Positions 47,071 to 57,421 of a stretch of DNA of 64,000 bases are shown piece after piece; position 1 is the first letter of the stretch; each line of letters begins with the position of its first letter. The notes beneath the pieces were generated by a model. That model had not been told where the DNA came from and did no database searches. It saw nothing but the letters and a program-made list of their open reading frames with translations. The DNA is taken from the NCBI GenBank assembly GCA_005239895.1, contig SBBB01000025.1, positions 8,980-72,979 of the forward strand. The letters run 5' to 3'. A program made the position numbers and the translations under genes. Source of the stretch: a bacterium (lineage in GTDB: Bacteria > Patescibacteriota > Patescibacteriia > SBBB01).

Positions 47071-48114
47071 TTAAGACATTCTATCCACTAAAAATATAAT
47101 TAAACCCGCCATACTACTAATAGCAGATATAATCCATAAACGCATAACAATTCTTGGCTCTCCCCAACCCTTAAATTCTAGGGTGTGATGAATCGGTGTA
47201 GATGGAAAAATTTTAGTATTAAATAATTTTTTGGAAGCGGTTTGCATTATAACTGATACGGATTCAGCCACTAAAACCAAACCAATAATAGGCAATAATA
47301 AAACCGCATTAGTTAAAATAGAAATAATTCCTAGAGTTACGCCCAAAGACATTGATCCTGTGTCTCCCATAAAAAAACGAGCTGGATGAATATTAAACCA
47401 TAGAAAAGCTAACAAAGCCCCTACCAATACTCCGCATAAAGTGGCTAGATTATATTTGTGTTGTATAAAAGCAATAGAACCATAAGAAGTTAAAGCAAAC
47501 AATAAAACTCCACCCGCCAAACCATCTAATCCATCAGTTAAATTAACTGAGAAAGATGTAGCAACTATAATAAAAATAAAAACCAAAATATATAGAATTC
47601 CAATATCATAATTTCCCATAAAAGGTATATAAATACTTGTCCACTGTAATTTAAAATAAAACCACCAGGCCCCAAAAGCCGCAATTAACGTATATAAAAT
47701 AACCCGGTCTTTAACCCTTAATCCTTTATTGTCTTGACCCAAGCCATAAATTTCCCACAAATCATCCACTAATCCAACTAGAGCGGAAGCAAATAAAGCA
47801 CCTAGGGGTAAATAAGTTTCTTCGCGATTTATAAAATTTAAATATGCAAGAAACGATTCGGGGAAAAGCTTGGATGCTAAAAGAAATACCCCTGAAACAA
47901 TTAACACGGTTACCCATATTAATATTCCACCCATGGTGGGAGTATTTTTTTTAGAAGAATGAAGTTTAGAAAAAATAGGAGTGTCTTTAGATGTGCGTAT
48001 TTTTTTATAAAATTGATTTTTATATAAAAAATTACTAAAACAGGGCGTTAAAGCTAAACTAATCAAAAAAGCAATGGTAGTTAAAAATAAAATTTTAATA
48101 ATTTCAATTTGCAT
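47071..48114 (-). CDS. mraY: Phospho-N-acetylmuramoyl-pentapeptide transferase
   Basis: KKNTPTMGG, NLTDGLDGLA, FMGDTGS, PIHH. Confidence 0.95.
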   Translation of the reverse strand: MQIEIIKILFLTTIAFLISLALTPCFSNFLYKNQFYKKIRTSKDTPIFSKLHSSKKNTPTMGGILIWVTVLIVSGVFLLASKLFPESFLAYLNFINREETYLPLGALFASALVGLVDDLWEIYGLGQDNKGLRVKDRVILYTLIAAFGAWWFYFKLQWTSIYIPFMGNYDIGILYILVFIFIIVATSFSVNLTDGLDGLAGGVLLFALTSYGSIAFIQHKYNLATLCGVLVGALLAFLWFNIHPARFFMGDTGSMSLGVTLGIISILTNAVLLLPIIGLVLVAESVSVIMQTASKKLFNTKIFPSTPIHHTLEFKGWGEPRIVMRLWIISAISSMAGLIIFLVDRMS

Positions 48115-48117
48115 AAT

Positions 48118-48486
48118 TTAACTATTTACATAAACAACTAAAATACTAAACATAAAGAGTAATATAGATACTAGCATAGTTATAATCATTAAGAAATGAC
48201 TTAATAGTTTAGTTCGAATATATAATATATACGCCAATATTATGTTAGTTAGGGTAATAAAGAAAGACAGAAAAAAAATTATTAATATTCTATACGGAGA
48301 ACCTATAAAATCTACACCCAAGGTAACACTATAGCGCAATACAGCCAAATCTATATGATAAGGCATTTTGAAAAACACATACCCTAAATGCGTTAAATTG
48401 AGAATTATAATTAAAGAAACCGTTGTGGCTATAATTTTATCTCTTAAAAAGAATCTGCAGGATGGCGTTTCAATAAAAAATAGCAT
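48118..48486 (-). CDS. Small membrane protein
   Basis: Three TM segments; in operon. Confidence 0.65.
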   Translation of the reverse strand: MLFFIETPSCRFFLRDKIIATTVSLIIILNLTHLGYVFFKMPYHIDLAVLRYSVTLGVDFIGSPYRILIIFFLSFFITLTNIILAYILYIRTKLLSHFLMIITMLVSILLFMFSILVVYVNS

Positions 48487-48492
48487 AGAAAA

Positions 48493-49596
48493 TTATTTAT
48501 AAAAACTTGTTTTTTTATGTATAATATAAACCGTTAAAAACATAATAATTAATAATATAATAAAAGCTATTAGTTTGCCATAGGTTTTTAAAAATAACGC
48601 GCTAATTCCAAAAACAAAAGAACAAAACAAAAAAAACATTACAACCTGACGAGGCGTTAGTCCCCTATCTAATAATTTAAAATGCAAATGTTTGCGATCG
48701 GGTTTAGTAAGACTAGAACGATCAATAATTTTGCGTTTAATTATAATCCAGACAACATCCATTATGGGTAGACCCAGAATTAGCACAGTGGTTGCTATTT
48801 TTCCTCCGGCAATAATAGATAATACACCCAATATAAAACCAAGAAATAAACTACCACCTTCACCCAAAAATATTTTAGCTGGAGGAAAATTAAAAATAAA
48901 AAATCCCAAACAAACTCCGCTAAAAATAATAGCTAGCATAGCTGTTCCGACTTGATTTACAGGTGGAAAAATGCTCAGCAGAAAAATAATAAAGCCACCC
49001 ACAAAACCAAGTCCCGACACCAATCCATCTACGCCATCTAATAATTTAGTAGTGTACATTATTCCTAATAACCAACAAAATATTAATATATCCGCTAAGG
49101 GTACAATATAGAAGGGTATTTCATTCCATCTAAAAATTTCAAACTTATAATTGTCTAAACGGTAAACTCCACCCAAAGGATTAGTAATAAAATTAATATC
49201 AATACCACTCATAAGAATAATTAAGGCCGCTAAGCATGGAAATATAAGTTGTTGCCAATATTTTAATTTATATTTATCGTCTAAAAAACCACCGATAATT
49301 AATATTAGTCCTCCTAAAAATATACCTATTATATATTTCGGTAGAATATAATTATGAGTCCAAACGACGCTGGAATTATATATTAAAATTCCTAATATTA
49401 TAAAAAAAGAGCTAAAAATAGCTGTACCACCTAAAAGGGGTGTAGGTTTAGTATGAAATTTTCGAATTTTATCGGGTATATCTATAATTTGTAATTTTAA
49501 GGCTATATTTTTTACAACTGGTGTAATCAAACCCGACACTAGCACAGAGCTTAAAAAAAATATCACAAAATAATAAATATGTGCTGCAAGTATCAT
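48493..49596 (-). CDS. Undecaprenyl-phosphate GlcNAc-1-phosphate transferase (WecA/TagO family)
   Basis: PLLGG, LDD, DGVDGL, NFPPAKIFLGEGGS, PDRKHLH. Confidence 0.9.
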   Translation of the reverse strand: MILAAHIYYFVIFFLSSVLVSGLITPVVKNIALKLQIIDIPDKIRKFHTKPTPLLGGTAIFSSFFIILGILIYNSSVVWTHNYILPKYIIGIFLGGLILIIGGFLDDKYKLKYWQQLIFPCLAALIILMSGIDINFITNPLGGVYRLDNYKFEIFRWNEIPFYIVPLADILIFCWLLGIMYTTKLLDGVDGLVSGLGFVGGFIIFLLSIFPPVNQVGTAMLAIIFSGVCLGFFIFNFPPAKIFLGEGGSLFLGFILGVLSIIAGGKIATTVLILGLPIMDVVWIIIKRKIIDRSSLTKPDRKHLHFKLLDRGLTPRQVVMFFLFCSFVFGISALFLKTYGKLIAFIILLIIMFLTVYIIHKKTSFYK

Positions 49597-49608
49597 AATT
49601 AAAAATTG

Positions 49609-50526
49609 TTAGACCAAGCTAGATAAATATTTTTCTACATCCATAGCAGCTTTACATCCCATGCCAGCAGCTGTGATGGCTTGGCGATAAGTATGATCAG
49701 CCACATCTCCAGCCACAAAAACGCCGGGAATGTTTGTTCGGGTTTGGTTGCTCACAATAATATAACCCTTAGGGTCTAAATCTATTTGATCCTTAAAAAT
49801 TTCCGTATGAGGTTTATGTCCTATGGTTATAAAAACGCCGTTTACGGGTATTTCCTGAATTTCTAGGGTTTTAATATTTTTAATTTTAAGGCCCGTGACG
49901 CAATCGGACCCTAATATTTCTTCCACGCAAGAATCTAATTTAAAAACAATTTTAGGATTATTAAACGCCCGATTTTGCATAATTTTAGATGCTCGCAGTT
50001 GGTCGCGTCTGTGAATTACAGTTACTTTGTTCGCAAATTTAGTCAGGAATAAGGCTTCTTCCATGGCGCTATCTCCTCCTCCAATTATAGCCACTTCTTT
50101 ATTGGTAAAAAAATAACCATCACAAGTGGCACAATTACTAACCCCTCTACCAATCAGTCTTTGTTCCGATTCTAACCCCAGCCAAATTGAACCTGATCCT
50201 GTCGCGATAATAATAGACTGAGATTCAAACGTTTCTTGGCGAGTAGTAACCCTAAAATTTTTTTGTGTAAAATCAACACTTTCCACGTCTTCGTTTAAAA
50301 TTGTTCCTCCAAAACGTTCGCATTGTTTTTGCATTGCCAAAATTAGATCCGGACCCATAATACCATCTACAAAACCCGGAAAATTTTCTACGAGGGTTGT
50401 TAAGGTTAATTGTCCACCGGGTTTATTGCCAGCTAGAATTAAAGGTGCTAAATTTGCTCTAGCTGTATAAATACCAGCTGTTAAACCCGCGCAACCTGCT
50501 CCTAAAATAATAACTTTTTTTAACAT
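49609..50526 (-). CDS. trxB: Thioredoxin reductase
   Basis: CATCDG, GGGDSAMEE, HRRD, AGDV..YRQAITAAG. Confidence 0.97.
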   Translation of the reverse strand: MLKKVIILGAGCAGLTAGIYTARANLAPLILAGNKPGGQLTLTTLVENFPGFVDGIMGPDLILAMQKQCERFGGTILNEDVESVDFTQKNFRVTTRQETFESQSIIIATGSGSIWLGLESEQRLIGRGVSNCATCDGYFFTNKEVAIIGGGDSAMEEALFLTKFANKVTVIHRRDQLRASKIMQNRAFNNPKIVFKLDSCVEEILGSDCVTGLKIKNIKTLEIQEIPVNGVFITIGHKPHTEIFKDQIDLDPKGYIIVSNQTRTNIPGVFVAGDVADHTYRQAITAAGMGCKAAMDVEKYLSSLV

Positions 50527-50533
50527 AGTTAAG

Positions 50534-50725
50534 TTATTTTTTTAATAATTGAAGCCCTGTATAAGCTAAAAAACCAGCAAATATAACCGCAATGACACTA
50601 AACCACATGGGTATAGCACGGTCACCAAAGTTTACCTGAACATCAAACACAATTCTCAGCGAGTGTAAAATAGTCACAATTGTAAAAAATATACTCGCAA
50701 CTAAAATAAATATTTTTTGAGACAT
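50534..50725 (-). CDS. Small two-TM membrane protein
   Basis: 63-aa ORF in operon context. Confidence 0.6.
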   Translation of the reverse strand: MSQKIFILVASIFFTIVTILHSLRIVFDVQVNFGDRAIPMWFSVIAVIFAGFLAYTGLQLLKK

Positions 50726-50757
50726 ATAATTGTATAAATAAAATTTAAAGTTTAAAA

Positions 50758-51228
50758 CTATCTAGCGCTATAAATTATTATTCCGCGTTCACTATAAATT
50801 GAACAAACTGATATTTTTTCATTTATATTTTTAATTATTTTATATCCCGTGCCATTAGGATTAGTGTTATTAGGATCCATAGGTAGGGTTGTTAAATATT
50901 GATCATTTATAGTTAAAGACGACAAATTGGTTAAATCTTTACAATTGCCTCCGGTTTTACATATTTCAGTTTTAGGACTAGATTCCCAACAGGATTCACT
51001 AGATATCATAATATTTGGTTCAATATATCCATTATTATTTACACCTTGTTGATATACAGCATTTAAAATATTGTTTACATCTATTTTTCGCTGCGCATTA
51101 CGTATGTCCGCTTTTTGTCTATTGGGATTAATCGCTAAAATAATCACAGTAATCAAAATGGTAATACCGGCCATAATAAGAAAAAATTGAAAACAATTAA
51201 ATTTTAGATTATTTTTTAAAATATTCAT
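50758..51228 (-). CDS. Type IV pilin-like protein with degenerate prepilin motif
   Basis: ILAINP...RNAQRKIDVNNILNAVYQ...YL..LP.DP...TGY; lacks canonical GFTLIE. Confidence 0.7.
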   Translation of the reverse strand: MNILKNNLKFNCFQFFLIMAGITILITVIILAINPNRQKADIRNAQRKIDVNNILNAVYQQGVNNNGYIEPNIMISSESCWESSPKTEICKTGGNCKDLTNLSSLTINDQYLTTLPMDPNNTNPNGTGYKIIKNINEKISVCSIYSERGIIIYSAR

Positions 51229-51329
51229 ATTAGAAAGTTTATAAAGTTGAAGGTTAGAAAGTTTATAAAGTTATAACTTTATACTTTTTACTTTATAACT
51301 TTTAACTAGTAAGACAATTATATCACACT

Positions 51330-53282
51330 TTAATCTTTTGTTAGAGCGTGTACTATAGATTTGCGTTTATACCATTCTAAAAGCACTTCTTTGGCAATGG
51401 GTACTGCCACAGCTGAACCCTCTCCAGCTTCTTCAGCTAAAACCGTAATAATTACTTCTGGTTTTTCATAAGGAGCAAACCCCGTAAACCAGGAATGAGG
51501 TGGTTTATTGATACTAGTTTGGGCTGTTCCGGTTTTACCAGCCACACTAAATGGCAAATCTTTTAATTTAATAGCCGTGCCCGAAAGTACAGCATTGCGC
51601 ATTCCAAGTTTTACAATATCTAAATTTTTTTGAGATATTGAAATTATGGTGTCACCATAAGTTGTATTGTTAATATTAGCTGTTTCTCCATATTTAACTA
51701 GTAAATGAGGTTGATGTAAAATACCATTATTAGCTATTATTCCTGTAAATATATTGACCTGCAAAGGCGTAACTAACATATATCCATGACCAATTGATAA
51801 ATTATAAGTATCGCCTATGTACCATTTGTTATTTGGTTTACTTTTTGAAGGGCCTGAAGGCAAAAAGCCTATTTTTTCATTAGGTAAATCAATATAACTT
51901 TTATTCCCTATTCCAAATAATTTATAATACTGGAGTAAGGCTTCAACTCCCAAGGGTTTAATTTTGGTATAATTTGCGTGTCCACCACTTATAACATAAT
52001 AAAAAGAATTTACAGATTCAGCTAAGGCTCGATCTACAGTTACAAAACCATGTCCTCCCTTTTTCCAATCTGGGAAAAAGAAACCTCCAGACATTATACC
52101 TCCTGTGCTGTTAATGGTGGTGTCTTGGTTTATAACATTTTTTTCTAAAGCCGCTAAAGATATAATGGGTTTAACCACTGAGCCAGGCTGATATTCACCA
52201 CTAATAGCCCTATTAAATAAAGGCTGATATTTGTTGGTAATTAGGGCCTGATAATCATTTTTACTAAAACCAGTAATAAAGTCATTATTATTAAATCCCG
52301 GTAAACTAACTAGGCTTAAAATTTCTCCGTTTTGAGCGCTTTGAAGCACAATAATTCCCCGACCGCTATATTTTGTGTGATTAGCTAAAATACTTTCAGC
52401 CTTGTTTTGTAACTCACTATCAATAGACAACCAAATATTTTTACCCGGTGTAGGCGGTTTTTCTTGATAAATTCTTTCAACAATCCCCGTAGCGTTTACT
52501 TCCATTTTTTGAACACCATTAGTGCCACGCAAATAATTATTGTATTGAGATTCTATCCCCACTACTCCAGCTATATCCAACCACCATTTGTTAGGATATT
52601 GTTTGGTTTTAAAATCCGCGTTAGAAATTTTATTTGTGTATCCCAGAATATGCGACAAGCTTAAGTTATTTTGTTTGGAAACAGTTAAATAATTTCGCTG
52701 AAGAATGGTTTCCATGGCCACACCCGGCAAATCAGCTATTTTAATATACAAATTTAGGGCAGCTTCATGCCCCAAGCTATTAGCTAGCACAATGGGTTCG
52801 TTTACGATTTTATGGTTTAATAATTTATCAATAGCTGTTTCAGTTGTTTTATCTATTTCAACCAGTTTTTTAGCAGCTAATAAAACTTTAGTTTTGTGAA
52901 TTTTATCTTTAGGTAATGCGACGGGATCTATATACAAAGTCATACGAGGTGTATTTTCAGCTAAAATGATATTATTTTTATCATAAATAATGCCTCTGGG
53001 CGCTGAAATAATTTTAACCTTAGTGCGGTTTTCTTCGGCCAAAGCAATATAGCGGTCTTTATAAATTGTGTTTAAAAACACCACTCTTATTAGTAAAATG
53101 GAAATTATAGTATATAGCACAATTTGTAATATTATAATTTTGGTTGTATTTTTAGCTGCGCGTACATTGGTGGCTAAAAATTTTTTAGGGACAAATAAAT
53201 CATCAGCTTCTAAATACGAAGCTGATACTATATTGCGTTTCGAGAAAATAAATTTTTGTATTTTTTTAAGAATATTGGACAT
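51330..53282 (-). CDS. mrdA: Penicillin-binding protein 2
   Basis: APRG.IYD, SVVK, SVN, KTGT; after mreBCD. Confidence 0.93.
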   Translation of the reverse strand: MSNILKKIQKFIFSKRNIVSASYLEADDLFVPKKFLATNVRAAKNTTKIIILQIVLYTIISILLIRVVFLNTIYKDRYIALAEENRTKVKIISAPRGIIYDKNNIILAENTPRMTLYIDPVALPKDKIHKTKVLLAAKKLVEIDKTTETAIDKLLNHKIVNEPIVLANSLGHEAALNLYIKIADLPGVAMETILQRNYLTVSKQNNLSLSHILGYTNKISNADFKTKQYPNKWWLDIAGVVGIESQYNNYLRGTNGVQKMEVNATGIVERIYQEKPPTPGKNIWLSIDSELQNKAESILANHTKYSGRGIIVLQSAQNGEILSLVSLPGFNNNDFITGFSKNDYQALITNKYQPLFNRAISGEYQPGSVVKPIISLAALEKNVINQDTTINSTGGIMSGGFFFPDWKKGGHGFVTVDRALAESVNSFYYVISGGHANYTKIKPLGVEALLQYYKLFGIGNKSYIDLPNEKIGFLPSGPSKSKPNNKWYIGDTYNLSIGHGYMLVTPLQVNIFTGIIANNGILHQPHLLVKYGETANINNTTYGDTIISISQKNLDIVKLGMRNAVLSGTAIKLKDLPFSVAGKTGTAQTSINKPPHSWFTGFAPYEKPEVIITVLAEEAGEGSAVAVPIAKEVLLEWYKRKSIVHALTKD

Positions 53283-53763
53283 ATCTTGGCGTTCGCAAGG
53301 GTTTAAAGTATTTAAACATTTTATAAATCAAGGTAGTCAAAATGGTGTTTATTAAAATACCATGATGAGCATATATAAAAATTTTATAATCCACATAAGA
53401 TAATATTATAGCTTTAAATAAAAATAATAAAGCTAAAAACACGATATATCCTAAAAGAAAGAATATTATAAATCCATATATGGTTTCATAAACTGAAAAA
53501 TATTGTAATATATAAGATAAGATACTTAAAGTAATTAGTAAACTACCACCTAAAACCAGCATTTCATAAGGAGCGTCTAGGCTTAATAAAACTGTGGTTA
53601 AAAGACCCCATATTAAACCCAGCTTGCGATTATTAATAATTAAAAATATAGACACTAATAATAGGACGTTAATGTGATTTAGAGGATAAGGAAGTAAATA
53701 TATAAAACTTGAATAACTGAACGCCACCAAGGGTATAGATAAAATATAAAAAGTAAAGTACAT
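53266..53763 (-). CDS. mreD: MreD-like membrane protein
   Basis: Hydrophobic 165-aa ORF between mreC and mrdA (synteny only). Confidence 0.6.
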   Translation of the reverse strand: MYFTFYILSIPLVAFSYSSFIYLLPYPLNHINVLLLVSIFLIINNRKLGLIWGLLTTVLLSLDAPYEMLVLGGSLLITLSILSYILQYFSVYETIYGFIIFFLLGYIVFLALLFLFKAIILSYVDYKIFIYAHHGILINTILTTLIYKMFKYFKPLRTPRYVQYS

Positions 53764-53768
53764 AATAA

Positions 53769-54641
53769 TTATAAATTAGGGCGAGGCGCTACAACTGCTA
53801 AAAAACGAATAAATTCAGGTTGATAAAATAATTCTAAAACCGCGCTTTGCCAGGCATCGGTGGTAATATCTGGCAGGCTTTTAACCGTACCTAAGATTAA
53901 ATTTTTAGGAACATTTTCTTCTAATCCCGATGTTATAACCAAATCATTGATATCAATATTGTTTTTTTTAGATATTAGTTCCGCTTTGGCGCTTAAACCA
54001 TATGATCCACTTATGACACCTAGAGCGGCTTCACCGCCTTGGTTTAATATAAGCGCGCTGATTCGGGATAATTCGTGGGTTAATAATCTTACTTCCGAAG
54101 TATTTTTATTCACCCTAATTAGTTTTCCAATTACTATTCCGCCCTGATAAGTAGTAATATTAAAATTAGTATTTGTAGGTGGAATTACAACTGCCAATCC
54201 ATTAATCAACCCGTCTGTACTTCCCTTGTTAATAATTAGGGTTGCTAAATTGTCTACTCCCGATACCCCCACAACTTCCGTAAAAATATAATTATAATTT
54301 TTAGGCTTAGAAAGTTTCGTTAATTCGGACAAAGCCTTATAATCATTTTCTAAACTTTTTAATTTTTCATAATCAATGAAAACCGTATTTAATTGGGCGC
54401 GTAATTGGTGATTATCATTATATAATTTTTTATATTGTAAAAAACTTAATTCTTCGCTCACGCTTTGCCCAAATTCACGGGTTTGTTGTTTAAGTGGTAA
54501 GATAAAATTATTTACAACCTTATAATAAAAGGTTGTAAGGTTTATTAGATTTAGTAAAGCTATTATAATGATAATACCTAAGATTAATAATAAAATTTGT
54601 AAATTTTTCTTTTTAAATTTAGGATTAATATTAAATATCAT
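53769..54641 (-). CDS. mreC: Rod shape-determining protein MreC
   Basis: TM plus coiled coil, IINKGSTDG, VITSGL...P..L.LG.V. Confidence 0.92.
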   Translation of the reverse strand: MIFNINPKFKKKNLQILLLILGIIIIIALLNLINLTTFYYKVVNNFILPLKQQTREFGQSVSEELSFLQYKKLYNDNHQLRAQLNTVFIDYEKLKSLENDYKALSELTKLSKPKNYNYIFTEVVGVSGVDNLATLIINKGSTDGLINGLAVVIPPTNTNFNITTYQGGIVIGKLIRVNKNTSEVRLLTHELSRISALILNQGGEAALGVISGSYGLSAKAELISKKNNIDINDLVITSGLEENVPKNLILGTVKSLPDITTDAWQSAVLELFYQPEFIRFLAVVAPRPNL

Positions 54642-54679
54642 ATTTAATGCAATTTAATTGCCGTTTTAATTGATAGATA

Positions 54680-55717
54680 TTATTGAGCGGATGGTAAGCG
54701 AATTTGTTTTAACAAGTCGGGATTATCTAATAACATTCCAGTTCCGCGTGCCACAGTTGTTAAGGGATCTTCGGCAATACGCACGGGTATTTTTAAAGAA
54801 TCGCTAATAATTTTATCTATACCATTCAACAAAGACGATCCCCCGGTTAAAATAATGCCACTGTCATAAACATCCGCTATTAACTCCGGTGGAGTATTTT
54901 CTAGGGTCAAACGAATATTATCAATAATTAAACGTATAGAACCGTTAAGAACCGAACGCACCTCCGTATCAGTTATAATCATTTCTCTGGGGAGTCCGCT
55001 AACCAAGTCTCGTCCTCGCATAAGAATATTAGATGGTTTGGGTAAAGCAATGGCTGATCCAATATTTATTTTAATATCTTCGGCTATTTTTTCACCAATA
55101 AACAAATTAAAATGATGTTTAGCGTAATCTATAATATAATGATTAAAATCGTTTCCTCCAATTTTTAAAGATTTTGAATTAACAATACCACCCATAGATA
55201 TAACCCCTATATCTGTCGTTCCTCCTCCAATATTAACAATCATAATTGCGCTGGGTTCCAAAATTGGTAAGCGCATTCCAATAGCCGCGGCAATTAATCC
55301 CTCCACAATATAAACATCTCTAGCCCCTATGGTAAAAGCAATATCTTCAACGGCTTTACGTTCCACCTCGGTTAAATCTAAAGCGATACACATAACAACT
55401 TTAGATCGGCTAATTAAACTAAACGAATCAGCGTAGATTTTATCTATAAAACATTTCAACATTTTTTCAGCTACAGGAAAGTCCGAAATAATACCATTTG
55501 TTAAGGGTTTACTTACGGTAATGCGCTGAGGTGTTTTACCAAACATTTTTTTAGCTTCATTACCAGTCGCTATAACCTCTTGGGTGACATTATTAATCGC
55601 CACAATAGACGGTTCATTAATAACAATACCCCGATCTTTGGCGTATATTAAAGTATTGACAGTGCCCAAATCAATACCTATATCTTTAGCAAATAAACTA
55701 AAAAAATTATTTATCAT
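54680..55717 (-). CDS. mreB: MreB paralog 1 (operon-linked, divergent ATPase motifs)
   Basis: GIDLGT.NT, NEPS, IGGGTTD, GRDL.SGLP, PPEL..D, LTGG. Confidence 0.9.
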   Translation of the reverse strand: MINNFFSLFAKDIGIDLGTVNTLIYAKDRGIVINEPSIVAINNVTQEVIATGNEAKKMFGKTPQRITVSKPLTNGIISDFPVAEKMLKCFIDKIYADSFSLISRSKVVMCIALDLTEVERKAVEDIAFTIGARDVYIVEGLIAAAIGMRLPILEPSAIMIVNIGGGTTDIGVISMGGIVNSKSLKIGGNDFNHYIIDYAKHHFNLFIGEKIAEDIKINIGSAIALPKPSNILMRGRDLVSGLPREMIITDTEVRSVLNGSIRLIIDNIRLTLENTPPELIADVYDSGIILTGGSSLLNGIDKIISDSLKIPVRIAEDPLTTVARGTGMLLDNPDLLKQIRLPSAQ

Positions 55718-55720
55718 ATT

Positions 55721-57241
55721 TTAAAAATTTTTAATATTAAGTTTATCAACTATCATACCCTCTCGGTCGGTTAAAATTAAGGTTTCAGATAAATTATCCC
55801 AAATATCGCGTTTCAAATTCAAATACATAAACCATGTATTCTTATAAAAATCTTTAGCTGATTGATAATCTTTAACACAACCATCATAATTAAAATGTTT
55901 ACTTAAATAGTCTGTACACTGAGCGTCTCTTTGAATAGCGCGTATAGTATTGCTATCTTTTTCTTTTTGTAGGTTTGGAACTTCACAGCGCGATACTTGT
56001 TGAATAATATATTTTTGACATATAGGTTCTAAAAAATTTAATTCATTCGCGTTTGGCAAATAGCACTCTTCGTTGAATTTAGACTTTAATTTTAGTGCGT
56101 TGAAATAACCCATGCAGCGGTTTACACGAAATCCACCACTGGAATTGGTTAGTATATTTGCTCCGGTTATAATATTTAATTGATCTTTAGAGTTTAAATT
56201 TAAATCTACATTATTGTCATTGGTTACAAAAGGAATTAAGGTAACTTTAGACATAGTAACCTTATAATTGTGTCTACCAACTAGATTCCAGCCATTAATA
56301 TTTACGGACGAGTTGGATTCATTTCTTAAAATTACGATTTCTTTTTGAGGATTGGATTCATTCAGGGTTACGCTTAAAATTTTAATTGTTTTGTACCAAG
56401 GAGAAATGTTAATTTTAAAATTATAAGATGCTGGAGTTGGGTCAATAATTTCTTTTTTATTTTTGGCTTTTACAAAAAAAGTCAAAGTTTCTCCGCTATG
56501 TCTCGCAAGATTGTACTGACTAAAACTAATTGTTCTTTGAGTGGAGGTTGTAAAATTGCTCCACTGCTTATCTACCGACGGTATAAAGGTTGAATAAGTT
56601 AAGGCGTCTTTAGGGCTAGAAGGATTATTGCCAGTATAATGAATTACTAAGGTATCAATATTAGTATCGTCAGCGCTTAAAATAGTTGTATCTGGAAACT
56701 GAACCGGCTCGTTTATGGTTGTAAAGGTTGATATGGGTGGGGCAGATGTTACTACTGAACGAAGAGCTCTCCCAATGGGAATATTTTGGAGTTGGTTATT
56801 GCTAATCGGAATTACTGAATTATGATTAAATTTTAAATCTTTAAAAACTGAATCATTGGCAATCCATCGGCGCAACCCGTTTTCAATTAAATAAATGCGA
56901 TTCTTTTCATCTTTTAAAAGCGAACCATCAGGATAAAATTTAGCATCATCAACCAATTCTCCTTCGGCAAAAGAATCTACAATATCATCTGGCATGGTTT
57001 GAACGTTTTCAAAACTATATCCCAATTCTTTAAATATTTTTTCATTTTGTATCCAGCGCCTGACATTATTAAAAACCATGTACACTCGAGGCCCACTACC
57101 TTTTACTAAAACGCCATTAACAGCATCTGTTTTTACGGCTAAGGCTAAATTTGGAGAAAACATCAAAACAGCTAACATTAAAGTTAAAATAGCCCTAAAA
57201 ACAGTATAAAATTGTAAAAATTTAAAAAATTTCATAAACAA
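55721..57241 (-). CDS. Secreted protein with surface repeats and lamin-tail-like/Cys-rich domain (start probably 57235)
   Basis: Signal peptide, two G.L.K...Y......RRWI repeats, E...L.N......I.GW, Cys-rich end. Confidence 0.65.
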   Translation of the reverse strand: MFMKFFKFLQFYTVFRAILTLMLAVLMFSPNLALAVKTDAVNGVLVKGSGPRVYMVFNNVRRWIQNEKIFKELGYSFENVQTMPDDIVDSFAEGELVDDAKFYPDGSLLKDEKNRIYLIENGLRRWIANDSVFKDLKFNHNSVIPISNNQLQNIPIGRALRSVVTSAPPISTFTTINEPVQFPDTTILSADDTNIDTLVIHYTGNNPSSPKDALTYSTFIPSVDKQWSNFTTSTQRTISFSQYNLARHSGETLTFFVKAKNKKEIIDPTPASYNFKINISPWYKTIKILSVTLNESNPQKEIVILRNESNSSVNINGWNLVGRHNYKVTMSKVTLIPFVTNDNNVDLNLNSKDQLNIITGANILTNSSGGFRVNRCMGYFNALKLKSKFNEECYLPNANELNFLEPICQKYIIQQVSRCEVPNLQKEKDSNTIRAIQRDAQCTDYLSKHFNYDGCVKDYQSAKDFYKNTWFMYLNLKRDIWDNLSETLILTDREGMIVDKLNIKNF

Positions 57242-57421
57242 ACCATATCAAATTTTCTGTATAAAGTCAAGGTTTATAAAGTAAAACATTCATCTTTGTC
57301 ACTCCCATACATGAATGACAGTGGGTGCATAAGTTTTATCTAAATTTAATTAGTGTATTGCCCAAAATAGGTTATAAATGTTAGCATTATTAAGCAGCTA
57401 AATTAATTATTTTTTAAACAA

